Source: Octopus vulgaris
Lineage: Eukaryota
Assembly (NCBI GenBank): GCA_951406725.2
Contig: OX597836.1
Coordinates: 7,192,001-7,256,000, forward strand
Length of the DNA: 64,000 bases
Direction: 5' to 3'
Position numbers and translations under genes: made by a program. The notes under the pieces are model-generated. The model searched no databases, had not been told where the DNA came from, and saw only the letters and a program-made list of their open reading frames with translations. Positions 54,344 to 64,000 of the stretch are shown in pieces (the first letter of the stretch is position 1; every line of letters begins with the position of its first letter).

Positions 54344-55624
54344 CATGTGAGTGTGTGTGTATGCTCATGTGAGTGTGTGTGCTCATGTGAGTGTGTGTGG
54401 ACTCCTGTTCATGTGTGTGTGCGTGTGTGCTCATGTGAGTGTGTGTGTGTATGCTCATGTGAGTGTGTGTGCTCATGTGAGTGTATGTGGACTCCTGTTC
54501 ATGTGTGTGCGTGTGCTCATGTGAGTGGAGTCCTGCTCATGTTTGTGTGTTTGTGAATGCATGCTCGTGTGTATGTGTGTGTGTGTGTGTGTGTGTGCAA
54601 GTGCTTATGTATGTGTGTGTGGATGCATGCTCATGTGTATGTGTGTGTGCTCACATGTGCACATATGTGTGTGTACTCATGTATGTGTGCTCGTGTATGT
54701 GTGCTCGTGCGTGTGTGTGTGTGTGTGTGTATACGTGCAGCATGTGTTAGTCTGTCTGATCTTGCAAAACGTGTGTAATGTATTCATGTATATGCAAATG
54801 CAAGTGTGCTGGCATGTGTGTGTGTGTGTGATTGCATATCATGTGGCCACATGTGAACATAGGTGTGTAAATGAGAGACAGACAGACAGACAGACCAAAA
54901 GAGGGGGAGAAAGGCACGGGGGTTAAGTAGGTGTGTTTATACTTATAATAACTGTGTTAATTTGGAGTAATTACCACGGTAACGATTAAGGCCTAAAAAC
55001 CACCAACAAAATAAAACAAATTCATTTATTTCACTTTCGGGCAAAAACAGAGCTAACAAAGGATCTCCTAAGCAGTCACTTGACATGGTAGAAACAGCAG
55101 TAAAATCACCGTGAAATCAGACCCTACTGCATTTTAAAGGACACATTGGATAATATAGTCTTAGGTACACAATGTCTGAATAGGTTGGATGGTCTTGGCT
55201 GGAGTATCTTTGGTTGTAAGTTGGAGCAGAGCTGGCCAGGAGCTAAAGAATGTGGTCAGGAAGTTTGCTTGTAAAGGTGCATAGCCAAGTGGTAAGGGTT
55301 CAAATCCTGATGCTGGGTTGTGTTCTTGAGCAAGACACTTTATTTCTCATTGCTCCCATCCACTCAGCTGGCAAAACTGAGTCGTACCTGTATTTCAAAG
55401 GGGCCAGCCTGGTCCCTTTCTGTATCGTGCTGAATACCCCTGAAAACTACATCAAGTGGAGTGCTCAGCCTCTGGCATCTTAATTTCACAAACAGGTTGT
55501 TCCATTGGTTGGCCTGAAGCTATTGCAGAAGACACTTGCCCAAGGTGCCAGGTAGTGGGACTGAACCTGGAACCATGTGGTTGAGAAGCAAGCTTCTTAC
55601 CACACAGCCATGCACCTAAGGGAG

Positions 55625-56940
55625 TCAGTAAAGTACAGTGATAAGATGGCAGAGTACAGTATGTTATGGTAGAGTGGCACATTGTTAAGTGTTAAAGTAC
55701 AAGGCTGTGTTGGTAGAAGCATGGTATGTGGATAGAGTACATGGCTGGTTGAGTATAATGCTATGTTGGTAGAGCCGTGTTAGTATAGTACAGTGGTGTG
55801 TTGATAGAGTACAATAGCTTGTTGGCAGAAGGTAGTTGGGTGTTGGTAGAGTACAGCGGCATGTTGGTAGAATAAGATGACGTATTGTTAGAGTACAAAG
55901 TTATGTAGAATATTTGTAACAGAGAAACATGTTGAAGCATGAAAGGGAAGATATAAATCTTGATCCATGTGTTGGTAGAGTACAGTGGTGTGTTTGGGGA
56001 GTACAGTCGCATATTGGTATAGTAAGATGCTGTGGAAGTATAAGTACAGTGGCAAGTTGATGAAGTACAATGGCATATTGGAAAGATGTAGTTGTGTGAT
56101 GATAGAGTACAGTGACATGTTGGTAGAGTAAGATGTTATATTGTTAGAGTACAGTGTTTGGTAGAGCACTTTGCTGTGTTGGCAGAGTACAGTGGGGCGT
56201 TGGTAGAGTAAGATGTTATATTGTTAGAGTACAGTGCTTGGTAGGGCACTTTGCTGTGTTGGCAGAGTACAGTGGCATGTTGGTAGGGTAAGATGTTATA
56301 TTGTTAGAGTACAGTGCTTGGTAGAGCACTTTGCTGTGTTGGCAGAGTACAGTGGGGCGTTGGTAGAGTAAGATGTTATATTGTTAGAGTACAGTGCTTG
56401 GTAGAGCACTTTGCTGTGTTGGCAGAGTACAGTGACGTGTTGGTAGGGTAAGATGTTATATTGTTAGAGTACAGTGGCATGTTGGTAGAGTAAGATGTTA
56501 TATTGTTAGAGTACAGTGCTTGGTAGAGCACTTTGCTGTGTTGGCAGAGTACAGTGGGGCGTTGATGAAGTACAATGGCATATTGGAAAGATGTAGTTGT
56601 GTGATGATAGAGTACAGTGACATGTTGGTAGAGTAAGATGTTATATTGTTAGAGTACAGTGTTTGGTAGAGCACTTTGCTGTGTTGGCAGAGTACAGTGG
56701 GGCGTTGGTAGAGTAAGATGTTATATTGTTAGAGTACAGTGCTTGGTAGAGCACTTTGCTGTGTTGGCAGAGTACAGTGACGTGTTGGTAGGGTAAGATG
56801 TTATATTGTTAGAGTACAGTGGCATGTTGGTAGAGTAAGATGTTATATTGTTAGAGTACAGTGCTTGGTAGAGCACTTTGCTGTGTTGGCAGAGTACAGT
56901 GGGGCGTTGGTAGAGCATGGTGATGAATTGGTAGAGTACA
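55625..56940. repeat. Hierarchical minisatellite: ~21-nt base unit, 80-nt unit, 505/345-nt higher-order blocks
   Basis: gttggtagagtacagtggcat-like monomers. Units start at 56119, 56199, 56279, 56359 and 56439 (80-nt spacing). Blocks 56056-56560 and 56561-56905. Confidence 0.9.
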
Positions 56941-57633
56941 GCATTACACAGAATATATGTAATGGAGAAATATGCTGAAATGTGAAAAGGAAGATGTAAG
57001 AACTCGCGGCGGAGAAGTAAAAAGAGTAGACGAGAACAAGATGTGAATGAAAAGAGAAAACTGCTTGATGATAATCAAAGAGACAGAAAGGATGACAGCT
57101 TACAAAAAGACCCTCAAAGCTGTTCCTGGACCCACAGGCAAAACTTCACCTATTTCCAACTTTGAAATTATCCCCTAATGAAGTCTCATCTGAAAGGAAA
57201 CAGTTTCAGCCTTAAGACAACGAAACATTAATTACATATAAATTTGGATAATTAACAATTCATTATTTTTCTCAGAATGCAGCCCTTGACGATGTGTGGG
57301 TGTGGGTGTGATGACACTCTCATCATAGGAGTGGCGTGAAAGAAGTATTTTTCTCAGGACACATGGGGCCCCCACCTACAAGTACTTACGCACTTGTAAT
57401 TAAACCCTTAGTACTAAAAAAAGAAAAGGTGCCCCACCCCTGTTCTATATGACCACTCATCATGCTAGAAATAGCAACCAAATCTGCCTCAAATTTTATT
57501 GCACCATTTTAATTACACACATACACACACACATACACACATATATTAATGTTTGTTTTTATGTTATAATATAAATTTTACATTAAACTGCAGGATTACA
57601 CAATACTTTTGATTGAGTACAAATTCATTTATT

Positions 57634-57766
57634 ATTCTTTAACAAGAATATTACTGACAGTGACTTCGAAGTTCCAACCAGCTAAGCCATCATCGGACAC
57701 AGTCCGATGACGGCTTACCTGGCCAAAACTTCAAAGCCACTCTCAATACTATTCTTGTTAGAGAAT
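57634..57766. repeat. Gap-free 65-bp-arm hairpin with 3-nt loop; variant hammerhead-like core (CCGATGA..GAAAC ttcgaa GTC in the two-arm consensus)
   Basis: Arms 57634-57698 and 57702-57766 match at 53/65 positions with no indels (manual alignment). Confidence 0.75.
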
Positions 57767-58144
57767 TATGATTTTATTCAGCATATTCACTTCTCAGATT
57801 GACTCACTTACTGCAGCAGCCCTTCAGTTTTTCTAAGCCCTATAAAAGAAATTGGAACATAGGGCCCACCCCATACCTCATAAATATATATATATATTAT
57901 TTCTTTATTGCCCACAAGGGGCTAAACATAGAGGGGACAAACAAGGACAGACAAAGGGATTAAGTCGATTACATCGAGCCCAGTACATAACTGGCACTTA
58001 ATTTATCGACCCCGAAAGGATGAAAGGCAAAGTTGACTTCAGCGGAATTTGAACTCAGAACGTAACGGCAGACAAAATACCGCTAAGAATTTCGCCCGGC
58101 GCACTAACGTGTCTGCCAGCTCGCCACCTTAGTATGTATATATA

Positions 58145-58184
<40 letters not shown>

Positions 58185-58514
58185 CGTTGCCAGCCTCGCC
58201 TGGCCCCCGTGCCGGTGACACGTAAAAGCACCATCCGTTTCGTGGCCGTTTGCCAGCTCTGTCTGGCCCCGTGTTGGTGGCACGTAAAAGCACCATCCGT
58301 TTGTGTCCGTTGCCCCGTGCCGGTGACACGTAAAAAGCACCATCCGTTCGTGGCCGTTTGCCAGCTCTGTCTGGCACCTGTGCAGGTGGCACGTAAAAGC
58401 ACCCACTACACTCACAGAGTGGTTGGCGTTAGGAAGGGCATCCAGCCAAACAAAATACCGCTAAGCATTTCGCCCGGCGTGCTAGTGTTTCTGCCAGCTC
58501 ACCACCTATATATA

Positions 58515-58537
58515 TAGGGTTAGGGTTAGGGTTAGGG
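58515..58537 (+). repeat. Interstitial telomeric repeat TAGGG(TTAGGG)3
   Basis: Exact metazoan telomere hexamers inside a (TA)n tract. Confidence 0.7.
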
Positions 58538-60302
58538 TATATATATATATATATATATATACATGATGATGATATATATATATGCATGTATGCATGTATG
58601 CATGTATATCTCTTCAGCCCCACCCCCAACCCACCTGCCGAACGATCAACTGATCGGCTTATTAATATCTCGTTTGTATTTCGTCATTAGGTAATAAAAA
58701 TAAACTGAGATAAAGAACCCCACCTCATTCTCCACTCCACCCCCGACCATCATCCCTACCAACCTGTTTAGCATATCATTAACATATACAGATATATTGT
58801 TAATATATATATATCGTTATTAAGCACTAAAAATAAACCCAGATTACTTCCAGCCGCCACCACAACAATCACCAGAACCACCAACTTTGTTAAGCAGGAA
58901 GCCTTAGTGTGGATGCTCCACTGGCTAGAAAAAGCAGCTAAATCTTGCACATTTCAAACTTGAAATTTTTAACATTCGCAATAGTCTTATTTGTTTATTG
59001 CCCACAAGGGGCTCAACATAGAGGGGATAAACAAGGACAGACAAACGGATTAAGTCGATTACATCGACCCCAGTGCATAACTGGTACTTAATTTTATCGA
59101 CACCTAAAGGATGAAAGACAAAATCGACCTTGGTGGAATTTGAACTCAGAACATAGCTGCAGACAAAATACCACTAAGCATTTCGCCCGGCGTGCTAACA
59201 TTTCTGCCAGCTCGCCGTATTCGCATTATTCTGTCAAAAGTAATGCTTTCTCTTTTACTTGTTTCAGGTATTTGGCTGCGACCATGCTGGAACACTGCCT
59301 TAAAGCGTTTCAGTCAAAGAAATCGACCCATGGACCTAATCTTTGTAAACCTAGTGCTAACTCTATCAGTCTCTTTTGTCGAACCGATAAGTTACCCTCC
59401 CAGGCACAACTCCAGGCAAGGTTGTTTGTGGAAGACCAGCAGTCGCCCATTCATACCGGCCTTCCCTCTCCATGCCACCGGTGTTATCCAAGGGAAATGC
59501 AAAGGGGCCGATACAGCTTGGCACCTGTGACGTCACACTTCATTTCTACAGCTGAGTGAACTGGAGCAATGTGAAATAAAGTGTCTTGCTCAAGAACACA
59601 ACACGCAGCCTGGTCTGGGATTTGAACTCACAACCTCACGATCGTAAGCTCTATGCTCTAACCACTGAGCCATGCACCTTCACTATATATGTATATATAT
59701 ATATATCTATACATGTCGGCCTGAGGCTATAGTAGAAGACACTTGCCCAAGGTGCTACACAGTGGGAATGAATCCTGAACCATGTGGTTGGGAAGCAAGC
59801 TTCTTACCACACAGCCACACCTGCACCCATTCACATTGTTCTGAATGAATCCTATATTAACTTGTAGTTACGAGATCTTGAGGTCACTGTTCATTTTTAA
59901 GAATGTCCTTGTAGGGTAGGTGCGAGAAACCAGATCTACCCAGCTTGAACATAAAACTAGAATATTTTGGCCGCATGTGGTCAGTTTAAAGGTGAAAGGG
60001 TTAAGGTATTTGAAAAAAAACAAGAGTACAGATGATACTAGATATAAAATGTCTGTAAACAAAAAGAAAAAACAAAAAATTTTCAGGATGGTCACAGCTG
60101 GAAGATTTCATGAGATGATGGCAGGCAAACCTGAGACTAATGTAGTCGAACCTGTTAATTATATCGTTAATAATACATTGTTTAATAGATCACCATTATG
60201 TACAAAGACTAAAAATAAAGACCAATTACCATTCATCACGATGCCATTACTGCTGCTCCACCAAACAGGGATAAGGAGGATAACATGCATATATACATAC
60301 AT

Positions 60303-60496
60303 ACTCTTTTACTTGTTTCAGTCATTTGACTGTGGCCATGCTGGAGCGCCACCTTTAGTCGAGCAACTCGACCCCGCGACTTATTCTTTGTAAGCCCAGT
60401 ACTTATTCTATACGTCTCTTTTACCGAACCGCTAAGTAACGGGGACATAAACACATTCAAGGAATGCTAGGGGGACAAACACAGACACACAAACAT

Positions 60497-60529
<33 letters not shown>

Positions 60530-61250
60530 CATATATACGACGGGCTTCTTTCAGTTTCCGCCTACCAAATCCACTCACAAGGCTTTGGTCGGCCCAAGGC
60601 TATAGTAGAAGACACTAGCCCAAGGTGCCACGCAGTGGGACTGAACCTGGAACCATGTGATTGGTAAACAAGCTACTTACCACACAGCCACTCCCGCGCC
60701 TATATACATACATGCACATATATATATATATATACACACACATAAATACATATATATATATATCATCATCATCATCATTTAACGTCCGCTTTCCATGCTA
60801 GCATGGGTTGGACTAATATATATATATATATATATATACATGCATACATTTATATATAGATACTCTTTTAGTCTTTTATTTGTTTGTCATTTGACTGCGG
60901 CCATGCTGGAGCACCGCATTTAGTCGAACAAATCGACCCCAGGACTTATTCTTTGTAAGCGCAGTACTTACTCTATTGGACTCTTTTGCCAGAACCACTA
61001 AGTCAGAGGGGCATATACACACCGGCATCGGTCATCAAGTGGTGGTGGGGGAGGTGGACAAACACAAACACACACACACACACACACACGTACACAATGG
61101 GTTTCTTTTTCTTTCAGTTTCCGTCTACCGAATCCACTCTTAAGGCTTTGGTCGGCCCGAGGCTATAGTAGAAAACACTTGCACAAGGTGCCATGCAGTG
61201 GGACTGAACCCGGAACCATGTGGTTGGGAAGCAAGCTACTTACCACACAG
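60303..61250 (-). mobile_element. Two adjacent CORE-like tRNA SINEs (about 60303-60702 and 60862-61250)
   Basis: Family match. Confidence 0.78.
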
Positions 61251-61430
61251 TCACACACACATATATATAGTAGAAATAGGTGTAAGTTAATAAAGTTTGT
61301 AAGATAAAATCATATTTTCTTTTGTCACTCATTATCTTATTACCACTGTATACTTAGCTAACACTTTGTGCTGAAACATACGTGTATTGAGTTCTACACT
61401 AGGTCATTAGTCCTAGAGTGCCTAAGTGAT

Positions 61431-61470
<40 letters not shown>

Positions 61471-61629
61471 TAAGAAGAAAAAAAAAGGTAGTTAGGATTT
61501 CAATAAAATCTATTTACTTAACATTTTCCTCCCAAAGGGACAAAAAGCACTAAATGAGTAGATTTTATCCAAATCCTTACAACCTCTTTTTGCTTCTTAA
61601 TATGTGTGAATGTGTGTGTGTATACATAT

Positions 61630-61685
<56 letters not shown>

Positions 61686-62066
61686 CTAACATATAATAAA
61701 ACATAATTTGTATCTTGTATGAATGTATGTGCATGTGTGTGTATGTATATCTATGTGTGTGTGTGTATAAGCAGAGGATTGAAAAATGTTGCATCACATG
61801 TGGTATATATACACACACACACACACATATATTTTATATATGTGTGTGTGTATATATATACATATATGTATATATTGAGAGAGAGAGAGGTAGGTAGGGG
61901 AATAAGGATAAACATGAGCTTATATTTACAGTCCCTGTGTGCATTTCATGATTAAGGTTGTTTGGAGCCCTACAAGGTGTTCTGGGTGCACTTAGATGCA
62001 GAACATTTTATGGCATTTGGTTACAGATAATCATCATCATCATCATTTAACATCCATTTTCCAACA

Positions 62067-62114
<48 letters not shown>

Positions 62115-62906
62115 GATAAAGAAATAGAAAGAGGATGTAGCCATCCAACTTGGTCTTGGAGAGCAATAACTGTGAACAGGAACTCATTCCAAAACTGGAA
62201 TGACTCTCCTAACTCATGCCAGCATAAAAAACGCGTACAAAAATGAAGCTTATAATAAATGCATGCGTGTGTGCATCTACGTAGGTATGTATGTCTGTCT
62301 GTATGTCCATCAATGTTTACAAATCAAAATCAAATCAGATTTATTGACTGAAGTAACAGAAAGGAAATGACAAAAAAACAACAAACAAACAAAACTCCGA
62401 CGTCATCCAGTTAGATAAATCCGTAAGAAGCTCTCTTTCGGCTGAAATACTACCTATCTAAATTTCATCTAATTTTATCCTAATTCCTCCACATCCGATC
62501 AGCTTCATTGCAAAAACATATAATCCACATTGGAAAGACTGGAATCATATTCCACCTATTTTGGGAAAGCCAGAAAGATAACGAAGACGTCAGATCGGTT
62601 TCCAGTTCTTTGCCTTTTTAGTTGGGTTGGTTTTTATTTTTGCTGTTTGTTTTTTTTTAATTATTTAATCTGATTAAGATATTATATAGATGTGGGTGCA
62701 GCCAGAGCTATCTGGTTCAGAAGTTCTCACGGCAAGTTTGATACTAGATTTCAAGTTTGAGCCATGATCTCAGGTTTGAGCCATGATTTCAGGTTTGATC
62801 CACCCAGTGCTTTGGGTGAATGTCTTAATAAGGCGTTGGTTTGGTCAATGTCTTGAGAGGGAAATTTGGTAAAGAGAAACAATAACTGGAAGTTATTGCA
62901 TGAGAA

Positions 62907-62941
<35 letters not shown>

Positions 62942-63322
62942 GAGAAAGGGTGAGAGAGACAGACAGACTGTGTGTTCGTACATGGTTGTGTGGTAAGAAA
63001 CTTGCTTCCCAACCACATGGTTCCAGGTTCAGTCCCACTGCACGGCACCACTATAGCCTTGGGCCAACCAAAGCATTGTGAGTAGATTTGGTAGACAGAA
63101 ACTGAAAGAAGCTCGTCATGTGTGTGTGTCTGTCTGTTTGTCCCCATCCCACCACTTGACGACCAGTACTGTTGTCTTTGCAGCCCCTGTAACTTAGGTG
63201 TCTGACAAAAAGGGACCAACAGAATAAGTATTGGGGCCAATTCGTTTGACTAAGGCACTACTACACCAAAGTAAAAGATAAAAAGATTATATATATTTAT
63301 ATATATAAATTACTAAGGTCAA

Positions 63323-63355
<33 letters not shown>

Positions 63356-63699
63356 CATCATCATCATCATCATCATCGTTTAGCGTCCGTTTTCCATGCT
63401 AGCATGGGTTGGACGGTTCGACCGGGGATCTGGGAAGCCAGAAGGCTGCACCAGGACCCAGTCTGATCTGGTAATGTTTCTACAGCTGGATGCCCTTCCT
63501 AACGCCAACCACTCTGTGAGTGTAGTGGGTGCTTTTTACGTGCCACCTGCACAGGTGCCAGGTGAATCTGGCAACGGCCACGGTCGGATTGGTGCATTTT
63601 ATGTGCCACCGGCACGGAAGCCAGTCGAGGTGGCACTGGCATCGGCCACAATTCGGATGGTGCTTTTTACGTACCACCGTATATAGTTGGTTAATCCAA

Positions 63700-63895
63700 A
63701 CATGAAAGCACAAAAAAACGCAACAATGCAAGGACGTGGAACAAATATAGTATTATTGGACACTCAGGAAAGAAGGAAAGAAGGAGGGTTTAATGTTTCG
63801 AGCGGAGTTCTTCGTCGGAAACATAGGAGAAGGAAAGATCCAGAGAAGGGAAGACAGAGGAAAAAAAATCGCCAACGGTACACACGCGATCACAT
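63700..63895 (-). mobile_element. Penelope-like short repeat with a degenerate hammerhead motif (63821-63789)
   Basis: Minus: ttt CCGACGA a gaac tcc gctc GAAAC ATT aaa. Flanks resemble 33176-33372. Confidence 0.45.
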
Positions 63896-64000
63896 TTATA
63901 TACACACACATGTGCACACGCACACTCACACATACACACACAAACACATGTATACATATAGAAGCGTTTTGAGCTTTTGTTCTTTAGGTTGTTTCAGCAT

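Noticed and set aside
62330-62690. Candidate promoter or first exon of CDC42SE (GACGTCA motifs, donor-like AG|GTAGTA near 62453)
   Set aside because: Signals too weak to distinguish from background; the first exon may lie outside the window.

Overview
Eukaryotic, AT-rich, repeat-saturated DNA. The SINE and microsatellite landscape looks like an octopus (coleoid cephalopod) genome; this is an inference from recognising the repeats. Nearly all ORFs in the supplied track are microsatellite or SINE artefacts. One real protein-coding gene, missed by the ORF track, can be assembled by hand on the minus strand: a CDC42 small effector (CDC42SE/SPEC family). It has three phase-0 coding exons (44015-43962, 33730-33593, 27654-27511; 111 aa with Cys-Cys motif, basic patch, CRIB and MxSKGGY), a donor 7 nt after the stop, and a probable non-coding terminal exon from 24402. 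The rest is tRNA-derived SINEs of several families, 3' fragments of RTE and R4/Dong LINEs, a DD37D (maT) Tc1/mariner remnant, pogo/Tigger-like, piggyBac-like and other MITEs, and mini/microsatellites. The most unusual signal is several distinct Penelope-like short elements carrying minimal type-I hammerhead ribozyme motifs, mostly as fold-back palindromes. One (22320-22720) combines a tRNA-like Pol III head with an intact hammerhead. Another (57634-57766) shows strand-biased G.U pairing suggestive of a selected RNA hairpin.
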